Source of the DNA: Stegostoma tigrinum
Taxonomy: Eukaryota
Direction of reading: 5' to 3'
DNA: 64,000 nt
Assembly: GCF_030684315.1 (NCBI RefSeq)
Contig: NC_081399.1
Coordinates: 6,186,113 to 6,250,112 of the forward strand
Shown here: positions 48,641-61,446 of the stretch, in pieces
How positions within the stretch are numbered: the first letter of the stretch is position 1
Layout: each line of letters begins with the position of its first letter
Program-made: the position numbers and the translations under genes
The notes under the pieces: model-generated
Told to the model about the DNA's origin: nothing
The model's database searches: none
What the model saw: the letters and a program-made list of their open reading frames with translations, nothing else

Positions 48641-51600
48641 AGAACATAGAACATAGAACAGTACAGCACAGAACAGGCCCTTCAGCCCACGACGTTGTGC
48701 CGACCATTTATCCTCATGTATGCACCCTCAAATTTCTGTGACCATATGCATGTCCAGCAGTCTCTTAAATGACCCCAATGACCTTGCTTCCACAACTGCT
48801 GCTGGCAACGCATTCCATGCTCTCACAACTCTCTGTGCAAAGAACCCGCCTCTGACATCCCCTCTATACTTTACTCCAACCAGCTTAAAACTATGACCCC
48901 TCGTGTTAGCCATTTCTGCCCTGGGAAATAGTCTCTGGCTATCAACTCTATCTATGCCTCTCATTATCTTGTGTACCTCAATTAGGTCCCCTCTCCTCCT
49001 CCTTTTCTCCAATGAAAAAAGTCCGAGCTCAGTCAACCTCTCTTCATAAAATAAGCCCTCCAGTCCAGGCAGCATCCTGGTAAACCTCCTCTGAACCCTC
49101 TCCAAAGCATCCACATCTTTCCTATAATAGGGCGTCCAGAACTGGACGCAGTATTCCAAGTGCGGTCTAACCAAAGTTTTATAGAGCTGCAACAAGATCT
49201 CACGACTCTGAAACTCAATCCCCCTGTTAATGAAAGCCAAAACACCATATGCTTTCGTAACAACCCTGTCCACTCGGGTGGCCATTTTAAGGGATCTATG
49301 TATCTGCACACCAAGATCCCTCTGTTCCTCCACACTGCCATGAATCTTATCCTTAATCCTGTACTCAGCTTTCAAATTCGACCTTCCAAAATGCATCACC
49401 TCGCATTTATCCAGGTTGAACTCCATCTGCCACCTCTCAGCCCATCTCTGCATCCTGTCAATGTCCCGCTGCAGCCTACAACAGCCCTCTATACTGTCCA
49501 CGACACCTCCAACCTTCGTGTCATTTGCAAACCTGCTGACCCATCCTTCAATCCCCTCATCCAAGTCATTAATAAAAATTACAAACAGTGGAGGCCCAAG
49601 GACAGAGCCCTGTGGAACACCACTCACCACTGACTTCCAGGCAGAATATTTTCCTTCAACTACCACTCGCTGCCTTCTGATGGCCAGCCAATTCTGTATC
49701 CAGACAGCTAAGTTCCCCTGTATCCCATTCCTCCTGACCTTCTGAATGAGTCTACCATGGGGAACCTTATCAAATGCCTTACTGAAGTCCATATACACCA
49801 CATCCACAGCTCGACCCTCATCAACTTTTCTAGTCACATCCTCAAAGAACTCGATAAGGTTTGTGAGGCATGACCTGCCCCTTCACAAAGCCATGTTGAC
49901 TGCATTTGATCAAGCCATGCTCTTCCAGATGGTCATAAATCCTATCCCTCAGAATCCTTTCTAACACCTTGCAGACGACAGACGTGAGACTTACTGGTCT
50001 GTAATTGCCGGGGATTTCCCTATTTCCTTTCTTGAAGAGAGGAATTACATTTGCCTCTCTCCAGTCCTCAGGTACGACTCCAGTGGACAGCGAGGATGCA
50101 AAGATCTTCGCAAGTGGCGAAGCAATTGCATTTCTCGCTTCCCAAAGCAGCCGAGGACAAATCTGGTCCGGGCCTGGCGACTTGTCAATTGTAATGTTTG
50201 ACAAAATTTTCAGCACATCAGCTTCCTCTATCTCTATCCATTCCAGCATGCACACCTGCTCTTCAAAGGTTTCATTCACTAAAAAGTTCGTTTCTTTCGT
50301 AAAGACAGAAGCAAAAAACTCATTTCGGGCTTCCCCTACCTCCTCAGACTCCACACACAAGTTCCTTATGCTATCCCTGATTGGCCCTACTCTTTCTTTG
50401 ACCATTCTCTTATTCCTCACATAAGTGTAAAATGCCTTTGTGTTCTCCCTAATTCGTTCTGCCAAGCCTTTCTCGTGCCCCCTCCTGGCTCTCCTCAGAC
50501 CATTTTTGAGCTCATTCCTTGCCTGCGTGTAATCCTCTCTAGCTGAACTTGACCCTAGCTTCCTCCACCTTATGTAAGCTGTCTTCTTCCTTTTCACAAG
50601 AAGCTCCACCGCTCTCATCATCCAAGGTCCCTTTATCTTACCCCTTCTTGCCTGTCTCAGAGGGACATATTTACTCATCACTCGCAACATCTGTTCCTTA
50701 AACAGTCTCCACATGTCTATAGTGCCCTTACCATGGAACAATTGCTCCCAGTCCATGCTTCCTAACTCATGTCTAATCGCGTCATAGTTTCCTCTTCCCC
50801 AATTAAATATCCTCCCATTTTGCCTAATCCTCTCCTTCTCCATAGCAATGTAGAATGTGAGGCAGTTATGGTCACTATCACCAAAATGCTCTCCCACCAC
50901 AAGATCTGATACCTGCCCCGGCTCGTTTCCGAGCACCAAGTCTAGAATGGCCTCGCCCCTTGTCGGCCTGTCAACGTACTGAGTTAGGAAACCCTCCTGA
51001 ACACACCTTACAAAAACAGCTCCATTCAAATCTTCTGCTCGAAGGAGGTTCCAATCAATATTAGGAAAGTTAAAGTCACCCATTACAACAACCCTACTAC
51101 GTCCACACTTTTCCAAAATCTGTCGACCTATGCTTTCTTCAATCTCCCTGCTGCTATTGGGGGGCCTGTAGTAAACCCCTAACGAGGTGACCACTCCCTT
51201 GCTGTTCCTAATTTCCACCCATACTGACTCAGTAGGCAGATCTTCCTCGACAATGGAAGCTTCTGTAGCTGTCATACCCTCTCTGATTACTGGTGCTACA
51301 CCCCCTCCTCTTTTTCCCCCCTCCCTATTCTTTTTAAATGTTCTAAACCCTGGAACATCCAGCAACCATTCCTGCCCATGAGAAACCCATGTCTCTGTTA
51401 TGGCCACAACATCATAGCACCAGGTACTGATCCATGCTCTAGGTTCATCACTTTAATTCCTGATACTCCTTGCATTAAAGCAAACACACTTTAACTGATC
51501 CCTTGGTTCCTTCCCAGGAAAATCCTTCCCACGAACTGGTCTACCTCTTGCTACTGCCTCACCTGCATCAACTCTCACCTCCGGTATACAGCTCAGGTTC

Positions 51601-52656
51601 CCAGCCCCCTGCCATACTAATTTAAACCCTCTCGAACTACTCGAGAAAACCTTCCACCCAGGACATTGGTCCCCTTCCAGTTCAGATGCAACCCGTCCTT
51701 CTTGTACAGGTCCCACCTTCCCCAGAAGGCATCCCAATTATCTACATATCTGAAGCCCTCCCTCCTACACCAGCTGCGTAGCCACGTGTTAAGCTGCGCC
51801 CGCTCCCTGTTCCTCACCTCGCTATCTCGTGGCACTGGTAGTAAACCAGAGAACAGTACTCTGTTCGTCCTGCTTTGCAGCTTCCATCCTAACTCCCTGA
51901 AATCACTTTTTATCTCCTCAATCCTATTTCTGGCTATATCATTAGTGCCAATATGTAACACGATTTCTGGCTGTTCGCCCTCCCCTTTTAGAACCTTATA
52001 CACCCGATTGGAGACGTCCCGGACCCTGGCACCAGGGAGGCAACATACCTTCCGGGAATCCCGATCCTGACCACAAAATCTCCTGTCAATTCCCCTAACG
52101 ATCGAGTCCCCTATCACGAGTACTTTTCTATTCTGCCCCCTTCCCTTCTTTGCCACAGTGTCAGGCTCAGTGCCAGAGAACTGACTACTATGGCTTTCCT
52201 CTGGTAGGTCATTCCCTGCCGCCCCCCAACCCCCCAGCAGTATCCAAAACGGTCTACTTATTGCTGAGGGGAATGCCCACAGGGGATCTCTGCACTGTCT
52301 GTCTGTCCCCTTTCCTCCCCCTAGCTGTAACCCATCTATCCTTGTCCTGAAACTTAGGAGTGACCAACTCCCGGTAACTCCTCTCAATTACCCCCTCTGC
52401 CTCCCGAATGATCCGTAGTTCATCCAGCTCCAGCTCCAGCTCCATTTCCCTAACATGGTTGCTCATATATATGGTCACTGCTTTCCTTCCCGGCTGCCCC
52501 TCTGGTCCTTGTCACTTCCTCCGCTGCTCCCGCTCCTTCTGTGAAAGAGAAAAACACCGCTGCCCGCTCCCGGTAAGTAATTTTAAAAATAAACTGCTTT
52601 ACCTTAGCTGCAGTCTTCCGAGTCCGTCTTACCTCCGCTGCTGCTCGCACTCAAAA
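48641..52656 (-). mobile_element. CR1 LINE copy 2, retains the 5' UTR, inactivated, inside the V5 intron
   Basis: Near-identical to copy 1. ORF1 zinc finger deleted plus frameshift; ORF2 nonsense codon at 51453, frameshift about 49882, FADD>FAND. Possible ATTTT target-site duplication (48636-48640 / 52657-52661). Confidence 0.93.
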
Positions 52657-53023
52657 ATTTTGTTTACTTAATTGTCAGGTTACTTTTAAAATTTATCCCA
52701 ACAGTTCTGAGCGAACCTAGATCCAATCACAGCGTCACGTCTGTTCTTTTTAAAGCTTTGTTCCAAGTTGGAATTTAGGAGGAGGGGTTGCTTTTCCCCA
52801 AAGAAAAGTTGATATTCGTTTTCTCCGACGGAAGAGTGCAGTTCTGTTTAACACTATGTGCTCGCTGTGAAACTTGTAAACTCTGTAATGACAGCTTCAA
52901 TTTCCAGCTTCAGGATCTGGAGTGAGAGTCGGAGCAATGACTCCGAGATGGGAGAGTGTTAACGAGTCAATGACAGCTCATTTGACAATGTATTGTTGTG
53001 TTCACTCTGTGACATTGACTGAC

Positions 53024-53072
53024 CTCGGGACAGTGCAAACATCCAGATGAGGTAGTCGGCTTCATGCAGCAT
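53024..53072 (-). CDS. V5 leader exon (MLHEADYLIWMFALSR), separated from the V exon by a 4.5-kb LINE-containing intron
   Basis: 49 nt; donor CGAG|GTCAGT. Intron sequence on both sides of the CR1 is collinear with the V4 intron. Confidence 0.85.
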
Positions 53073-53371
53073 GATCCTGTCACTTCGCTCTGGCTCCCTC
53101 TGTGAATATAATGCTGTTCAATGACAGCAGAGTAAGCAAATTATCTGTTCCATTTGATTGAATACCTCACATTCGGTGGCTATTGCTTTCTGTGACACCA
53201 TTTGCTGAGAGGCATAAACTCCATGGCACTATATTTTTCAGTGACACATTAATTTGAGAAATCACAGGGCGGTGTGAATAGCAAGACTTAAACTTCAAGA
53301 AAGATGAGATAATAAAATATGAGGCTGGATGAACACAGCAGGCCAAGCAGCATCTCAGGAGCACAAAAGCT

Positions 53372-53399
53372 GACGTTTCGGGCCTAGACCCTTCATCAG
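53372..53399 (-). ncRNA. Minimal hammerhead ribozyme core (Penelope pLTR)
   Basis: Same 28-nt motif on the minus strand. Confidence 0.7.
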
Positions 53400-54242
53400 A
53401 GAGGGGGATGGGGAGAGGGAACTGGAATAAATAGGGAGAGAGGGGGAGGCGGACCAAAGATGGAGAGTAAAGAAGATAGGTGGAGAGAGTGTAGGTGGGG
53501 AGGTAGGGAGGGGATAGGTCAGTCCAGGGAAGACGGACAGGTCAAGGAGGTGGGATGAGGTTAGTAGGTAGCTGGGGGTGCGGCTTGGGGTGGGAGGAGG
53601 GGATGGGTGAGAGGAAGAACCGATTAGGGAGGCAGAGACAGGTTGGACTGGTTTTGGGATGCAGTGGGTGGGGGGGAAGAGCTGGGCTGGTTGTGTGGTG
53701 CAGTGGGGGGAGGGGACGAACTGGGCTGGTTTAGGGATGCAGTAGGGAAAGGGGAGATTTTGAAACTGGTGAAGTCCACATTGATACCATATGGCTGCAG
53801 GGTTCCCAGGCGGAATATGAGTTGCTGTTCCTGTAACCTTCGGGTGGCATCATTGTGGCACTGCAGGAGGCCCATGATGGACATGTCATCTAGAGAATGG
53901 GAGGGGGAGTGGAAATGGTTTGCGACTGGGAGGTGCAGTTGTTTGTTGCGAACTGAGCGGAGGTGTTCTGCAAAGCGGTCCCCAAGCCTCCGCTTGGTCT
54001 CCGTCTCTGCCTCCCTAACCGGTTCTTCCTCTCACCCATCCCTTCCTCCCACCCCAAGCCGCACCCCCAGCTACCTACTAACCTCATCCCACCTCCTTGA
54101 CCTGTCCGTCTTCCCTGGACTGACCTATCCCCTCCCTACCTCCCCACCTACACTCTCTCCACCTATCTTCTTTACTCTCCATCTTCGGTCCGCCTCCCCC
54201 TCTCTCCCTATTTATTCCAGTTCCCTCTCCCCATCCCCCTCT

Positions 54243-54270
54243 CTGATGAAGGGTCTAGGCCCGAAACGTC
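54243..54270 (+). ncRNA. Minimal hammerhead ribozyme core (Penelope pLTR)
   Basis: CUGAUGA-A-GGG(UCUAGG)CCC-GAAAC-GUC. Confidence 0.7.
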
Positions 54271-55279
54271 AGCTTTTGTGCTCCTGAGATGTTGCTTGGC
54301 CTGCTGTGTTCATCCAGCCTCACATTTTATTATCTTGGATTCCAAGCATCTGCAGTTCCCATTATCTCAGAAAGATGAGATAGTTTGGATTGTAGACATT
54401 AAAGGCGATGCACGATAAGTCGCTTTATGTGTAAATTGGAAACGAAGACACCTTTTCGTACATCGACATGCTCTGACCTGAAATCCGTTGTCTGAAAACG
54501 TGGTTTGAGTGGAAAAGCAGCAAATTTCAAAACATCTTTCAATAAATAGATGTACAGAGGAATGAGAAGATTGAAGGAGAGAGTAGATGGAGAGAGATGA
54601 AGTGAGTACTGTAACAATTTCGAAGAATTGTACATACATTGGGAATCTGATATTTCAGGATGAAATATTCCTTCAAAACACAATGAAGACTTTTTTTAAA
54701 ATTCATTCTCGGTGTGTGGGTGTCCTGGCTAGGCTAAAGTCTTTTATACATCCTCAATTTCAAAAAAAAATTATTCACGGTATGAGGGCCTTGCCAACTT
54801 AGCCAGAATTTATTCCCCATCGTTAATTGCCGAGAGGACAGTTCAGAGGCAATCACTTTGCTTTTAGTCTGCAGTCATATGTAAGGCAGGCCAGGTAAGG
54901 ACAGTAGTGCACCAGTTGATCACGTATTCCCAGAAAATTCCTGCGGTTCTGGCTGAACAGAGCAATGATAATACCACTGAGCCATCGCCGACACTTATAC
55001 TAGACAGGTGGTGGTGAGATGCCTTCTTGAAATTTCGTGGTCTGTTTTTTTATGGCTCTGCAGAAGTGATGGTTTGCTGGGACACTTCAGAGGCACTTCA
55101 CAGTTAGCCTCAATGAAGTCTTCAGGACGGCAGATTATCTTCCTAAAAGGGCATCCATGAAGCAGATATGTGAAATTTAATCTCAGTTTCGTGCTCACAA
55201 TAACATTTAACAGGCTTTGATCTGCTCATTTTTAATGTATAATTAGTTTCTCGAAACGACACTTAATGATACAAACTTT

Positions 55280-56580
55280 GATTCAGCAAGGTTGTAAGGA
55301 GAAATAGGGGAACAATAGACCTCTGAGTCTGACTTCAGTTTTGGGTAAATTGTTGGAGATGATTATAGAATGTAAAATTTATGGACATTAAGGGAGGCAA
55401 AAATTGATTAGGGACAGTCATCATGATTTTCTGAGAGGAACATTGTGTCTCCTGATTGAATTTTTGAGCAAGTTACGAAAAAGATCGATGATGGCAGAGC
55501 AATGGGTGTTGCTTATTTGGATTTAGCAAAGCCTTTGACGCGCTTCTGCATGGTGGGCAAAACAGTAATAACAGATCACATGGGATTCGTGATGAGCTTA
55601 CCAGTTGGATGCATAATTGGCTCAAAGGCAGCCGACAGAGTGTAGTGATAGAGGTGGTGCTTTTCGGCCTGGTTGTCTGTCTGCAGCGGTTTTCCACAGG
55701 GATCAATTCTGAGACCTCTTTTGTTTGTCATTCACTTAAATGAAATGGATGAGAATACAGCGGAATAGTTAGTGCGGGAGAACCAAAACTGGGGGCATAG
55801 TAGGCAGTCAAGAATGTTCTCTAAGATTACAAAGGGATCTTGATCAAATAGGTCAACGGTCTGAAAAATGACACATTCAGTTCAATGTGGAAAATTCCGA
55901 GGTATTGCATTTTGGTACATCAAACAAGGGCACGCATTGTACAATTGATGGTAGGACCTTGCGTAGTGTGGTGAAATAGAGGGACCTAAGGGATGCAGAT
56001 GCATAATTATTTGAGGTTTGCATCACTTGTAGACATGGTCGTTTAAAAGGCATTTACCGTGATTGCCTTCACTGTTCAGTCCTTTGAGTAAAGAAGTTGA
56101 GAAATCATGCTGAGGTTGTACAGAGAAGCCGTTCGGGGAAAACTGTGTCTAGTTTTGGTCGCCCAGTCGGGGTATTTTCACTGGTAGCATAGCAGGTTGA
56201 GAGGCGACCTCAAAGAAGTTCATTCAATAATGAGAGATATACATAGAGCCAATTGTACTTGTCTTTTCCCTAGGATTGGGGATTTCAAGAATGAAGGCAC
56301 TTTTTAAGGTATGAGGATAGAGATTTAGCAAAGACATGAGAGGCATTTTTTTCACGCAGGTGTTGATTAGCGTGTGTAATGACCCTGACGTGAACCTGAG
56401 GAAATGGTGGATGTGCATACAATTACAATATTTTTAAGACATTTGGATAAGTACGTGAATAGGAAACTTTTGGATGGATTATGGGCCCAGGAACAGGCAA
56501 GTGAGATCAGTTTAATTTGGGATCATTTCCAGTATGAACTGCTTGGACCAAAATGTTTCTTTCTCTGCTGTATGACTATT
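55280..56580 (+). mobile_element. Old CR1 fragment
   Basis: Decayed RT C-terminal homology, same subfamily as 36230-37640. Confidence 0.65.
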
Positions 56581-57582
56581 TAAAACGACAATACATACTA
56601 GCACGAGGAAGGTGACACTGGGAGGTTACTTTCACAGGGTACAATGGACTGTGCTGATCTCATTTCAAGAGTTTAAGTTGCCAGGATCACCCTCGTAGTC
56701 CTCTTACGTTGGGTTGGATCCTGTGCTTTCATGAAACATGCAACATTTTCTGGTCAAAGAGCTTCCTTGTTCCATACAGTGAGGCTGATTCCACAACTTT
56801 GTGTGAAAATGTGTTCCTTCAAATTACTTCAGTGGACGACAGCTGAGGGATTGCTGGACTGCCGTGAAAAGTAACACAGACGGAGTGCTGCTGCACTGTT
56901 TGACACGTTGATGTTGAAATGAGTCTTCTCTCAAAAAAAATGTCATGACTTGAATCTTCTGACTGCAGTTTTGCTCAATTGCGGGTTTGGAGTGTGGTGA
57001 GACTCGTCCGTGAATGTCACAGAATGGTTAACTCACACATTTCAGTGGAACGTTCATGATGAATAGTATTGACGTACGACTGGAATTACCCATGGGCCAG
57101 ACCAATTTGTTGAAGTTAGCTTTTAATCTGCCAGTCACAGATACTCAACTGAACTTAATTTCAAGAAAGTAGAGAAAAAAATGCAAGAATCGGCAGTGCA
57201 TTGGAATAGAGATTTTGTGAGTTTTGTGAGCGAGTGATTTCGAAATGCTTTAACAGTCAGTTTCATTTCATTGAGTTCAACAGTGGCCACTGGAAATTCG
57301 CACATTACTGCGAGTTGCTATTTTTGTGGGCGGGGGACCTTTCAGATTCGCGCAGCAATCATCTACCTCTCTGCTGGAGAGAATGGAAATGGGATAGTTT
57401 TAAGTTACTGACTAAATCTCATCATTACTCGCCAGATAGCGAAGCAATCTGTTTTACGGCCCGGAGAAAGGTGCCCTGAACGTTTCTCGTCTGTCCCCAC
57501 CTGCCGATGGGAAATGGGTCCTGAAAATATTTGGGGTCGGATGCAGGGTTTTGTGGCTGCAAAGACTTTCTCAAATGATGCG

Positions 57583-57869
57583 CACTGCTACACGCACAGA
57601 AATAGAGAACTGTGTGAGATGGTGAGACACCTGTCAGTTCTGAAGCGTTTGACTGCGTTTTACAGCCCAATAAGACTCGGATGTGTAATTTGCAACAGCT
57701 GTTGCTGCATCAGAATTGAATAAAACTTCCATTGCCCGATCGGGTTACTGTCTCTATCAATACCTTTGGAGACAGCTGGCGTACTTCAGCGTACTTTTAA
57801 CTTTAGCCGAGTCTCTTTCAGAAATCGACACCAAAAAAGGAGACTGCTTCACATCGCAGACCAGAACTC
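57583..57869 (-). pseudogene. V6 pseudogene (family B)
   Basis: Cys23 changed to Ser; the WYRQ region reads TGA TAG AGA CAG TAA; FR3 frameshift; degraded heptamer (nonamer ACAAAACCC at 57546-57554). No leader found, and intron homology ends about 58280. Confidence 0.9.
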
Positions 57870-59206
57870 CTGTCGAATGTGAAATTTAAAAAGACACGCA
57901 AAATTCTGACAATACTTCAACAAAACAACGGCTGCATTTCAACAAAGGGTTTGCATTGATGTACAAAGTGCCATAATCCAGAAACATATCTCAAACACAG
58001 GAACAGAAACAAAATACTTACTATGAAATGTATCGTCACTGTTAAAATGTAGTTTCCTGCAAAGCAGTGTTCAGTAACAGCAGCGTGACAATGACCACGA
58101 CAATGTGTTCTTTTCAAACATTGCCTCAGTCTGATATTTTGGAGCAGGACCTGCTTTGCTCTTGCGAGGGGATTGTGATTAGAGACACCAACTGTAAAGA
58201 AAAGCGTTCTGTTTAGTATTTTGCATTCTCTGTAAACCTTGTATAAGTGCAGGGTGCCTTCAATCTATATAGTGACGCGAGTAAAAGAAAACTGAGATAT
58301 GGTGTTCACTGGGTACAGTGAACTGTGCTGATATCATCTAAAATGTTGACATTGGCAAGAACACCCTCATGGCCATCTTCCGTTCTGTAGAATCCTTTTC
58401 TTGTGTAAAATATGCAACATCATTGTATCAAAGTTCTCCCTTGTGCCATGCCACAAGATTTATTCCGAAAATGTGTGATTGCCTGTTTCTTCAAATTAAT
58501 TCACCGTGTGTGGGCTGAGGGAAAGATGCACTGTCATAGATGCAATGCACAGGGGGCGTTGATGTGCTATTTGACAAGTGACGTGGGGAGAAGTCTTCTC
58601 TCAAATAAACTCTTCCACAGTTTGAATGTTGTGCCTGCACTTTGGCTTAAAAATGTGATTGGATTGTGGTGACACACCCCATGAATGTCACTGAGGTGTG
58701 TACACTCAGCTATCAGTGAAAGATAATGGTGACCAGCAGTGAGTCTACATTTACATGTAAATCAGATTGGGGAAGAATGGGCAAAATCAGCTTGGAATTT
58801 GTCAGTCAAAGATGCTCAACTGAGCCACAGTTTGCAGAAAGGGGGTATTAAATGCAGCAGTAGGGTGTGTACTGGAAGAGAGTGAATTCCGAGTTTTCTG
58901 AGCAATTGACTCCAAACATTTTGCCAGTCAGTTTCATTTCATTAAACCCAGTATCGTCTGCTGGAAATTCGCTCATAAATGCGATATGTTGTTTTCAGTG
59001 ATCTTTCAGACTGTTCCAAAATTATCACTCTCTCTGCCGGAAAGAATGAGGTTAGGATACTGAAGTTAATGACAAAATTTGGCTCTTTCGCTACCATTTA
59101 ATAAGGTTGTCTCTCTTGACACAAAAGAAATGTGTCCTGAACATCAATGGTCTGTCCCCACCAGCTGGTGGAAAATGAAACGGGAACGTTTATGGAGTCC
59201 AAAGCA

Positions 59207-59245
59207 GGTTTTTGCAGCTGCAACGACAACTTCTCAAACACTGTG
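59207..59245 (-). other. 23-RSS of V7
   Basis: CACAGTG (59239-59245), 23-nt spacer, GCAAAAACC. Confidence 0.95.
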
Positions 59246-59539
59246 CATTACTACACGCACAGAAATAGACAGCCGTGTGAGATGAAGAGGCGCTTCTCAG
59301 ATCCAAGGTAAATAGCGTTTGGGTCGGTCTGTTGGCCTGATAATTCTCAGATGTGTAATTTTCAGGGGGTCCTGTTGTAACAGAGTAAAACAAAGCTTCT
59401 ATTGCCCGGTTTGGTTGCTGTCTGTACCAGTACATTTGGAGATAGCTTGTATCCTTCAGACTACACTTGATTGTCTTCGACTCTCCTTCTGCAATAGAGA
59501 TGATGTATGGAGACTGTTCCACATAGGAAGCCAGAATTC
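59246..59539 (-). CDS. TRBV: TCR V exon V7 (family B), apparently functional
   Basis: Acceptor TTTGACAG|GA. Frame ILASYVEQSPYIISIAEGESKTIKCSLKDTSYLQMYWYRQ...HTAVYFCACS. Confidence 0.92.
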
Positions 59540-59973
59540 CTGTCAAATGTAAAGTGGAACCGATTCAAATTTCTGACAATCATTCATCAGAGCAAGGTCT
59601 GCATTTAACTAAAGGGCTTGCATTTACATAGAACCTGCCACAATCCAGAAACATACCTCATTTAAGGAAATGCAATAATCTTACTTAAATTTCAGTTCAT
59701 GATTAAAATTCACGTCGGCCATGTTGAGCAAGAGTTTGATATTTTGGAGCAAGACCTGCTTTTCTTTGAATAGGCCACTGTTATCACTGTCTCCAATATG
59801 AACGTTGTAAAACATAGAGTGCTCTCTCAATAGTGACATGTGGGTTATCAGCCTTGTTTTCCAGCTCCAAGGTCTGGAGTGAGAATTTCTAATCCAGATA
59901 GGCGAATGCTAAGAAATAAATTACAGTTCATTTGACAACGTGCTATTTCATTCGCGGTGAGCTTGTGACTAAC

Positions 59974-60022
59974 CTGGGGACAGTATAAAAATCCAGATGA
60001 GATAATAGGCTTCATGCAACAT
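59974..60022 (-). CDS. V7 leader exon (MLHEAYYLIWIFILSP)
   Basis: 49 nt; donor CCAG|GTTAGT; phase 1. Confidence 0.88.
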
Positions 60023-60974
60023 GATCCTGTTACTTCACACTTGCTCCCTCTGTGCAGGAATATCACCTTTGAAGGCAGTTTCTCTGTTCGATCCGATTAA
60101 ATACATCACATCCGGTTGCTATCTCGTTGCCTCGAAGCCATTTGCTGTCAAACCTAAGCTCCACCTCCCTCTATTCCTCAACGACGCATTGGATTGATAG
60201 GCGGCAGGTCGGTGTGAATAACGGGGCTCAAAATGCGAGAGAGATTGCATAGTTTAAATTAACAAAAACAATTATTCCATTGGGTTGTTAATAACACGAG
60301 TCTAGACATTGAAGGTGAGAAAGGTAATCAACTGAAAGCGAAAATGGGAGATACAGAGAGCCTTTGATACATCGAGATTTTCTGATCCGAAATGCATTTT
60401 CTGAATGTGTAGTCTAAGCGGGATACAATTCACTTTCCAACAGATTTAGATGAATACCAGAAATGAGAAACGGTAGAAATGTAGGCAAAAAAAACGCGTG
60501 GCGAGAGATGGACGTATGCAGAGACAAAGTTTCAGGATCATAAATACAAGACGACACTGCCAAACCAGAGGCTTCAGCGAGAAGCAATCTTTCACAAGAG
60601 ATCGTGACCACATGTTTAAATCTTTCCTGGAATGTGGATGTCACTTTGCGGGGTAATAGTTATAGTCCACCTGGAACTGATTCTGTGAAGGTGGTGTTGA
60701 AGTGCGTTCTTGAATCTACCTGCTCGATTCTGTCACTGTTGTTTGTAAATAATGTTTTTTCTGGTCCTTTTCAGGGGCTATTTCAGAATCAGTCCTGTAG
60801 CTCTGTGTCTGACGACAAATCGACTCCAGACCAGGTCAAAATGACAGATTTCCTTACTTGAAGGGAGCAGTGAAAAAAATGCATGATTCTTCGAGTGGCA
60901 ATTTTGTGAGCACTATGAAGACAACATGCTTTGAAATGATACTTAAAAAATGAAAAATGCATAATGCCTTACTT

Positions 60975-61446
60975 GACATGAACAACTTCAAAATCTCCCC
61001 TTCCCCCACCGCATCCCAAAACCAGCCCAGTTCGTCCCCTACCCCCACTGCACCACACAACCAGCCCAGCTCTTCCCCTCCACCCACTGCATCCCAAAAC
61101 CAGTCCAACCTGTCTCTGCCTCCCTAACCTGTTCTTCCTCTCACCCATCCCTTCCTCCCACCCCAAGCCGCACCTCCATCTCCTACCTACCAACCTCATC
61201 CCACCTCCTTGACCTGTCCGTCTTCCCTGGACTGACCTATCCCCTCCCTACCTCCCCATCTATACTCTCTCCACCTATCTTCTTTTCTCTCCATCTTCGG
61301 TCCGCCTCCCCCTCTCTCCCTATTTATTCTAGAACCCTCACCCCATCCCCCTCTCTGATGAAGGGTCTAGGCCCGAAACGTCAGCTTTTGTGCTCCTGAG
61401 ATGCTGCTGGGCCTGCTGTGTTCATCCAGCCTCACATTTTATTATC
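60975..61446 (+). mobile_element. Penelope 3' fragment with a hammerhead core at 61355-61382
   Basis: Same family as 53307-54368; contains CTGATGAAGGGTCTAGGCCCGAAACGTC. Confidence 0.8.

Larger units (their letters stand above)
53307..54368 (-). mobile_element. Penelope-like element with inverted pseudo-LTRs
   Basis: GIY-YIG C-terminus (RFAEHL...VANHF...EQQLIFRLGTLQPYGIN); 333-bp inverted arms at 53307-53639 and 54003-54335; flanking direct repeat AGAAAGATGAGATA (53298-53311 / 54369-54382). Confidence 0.85.

Noticed and set aside
53643-54287. 214-aa ORF
   Set aside because: Low-complexity read-through across the Penelope inversion junction.
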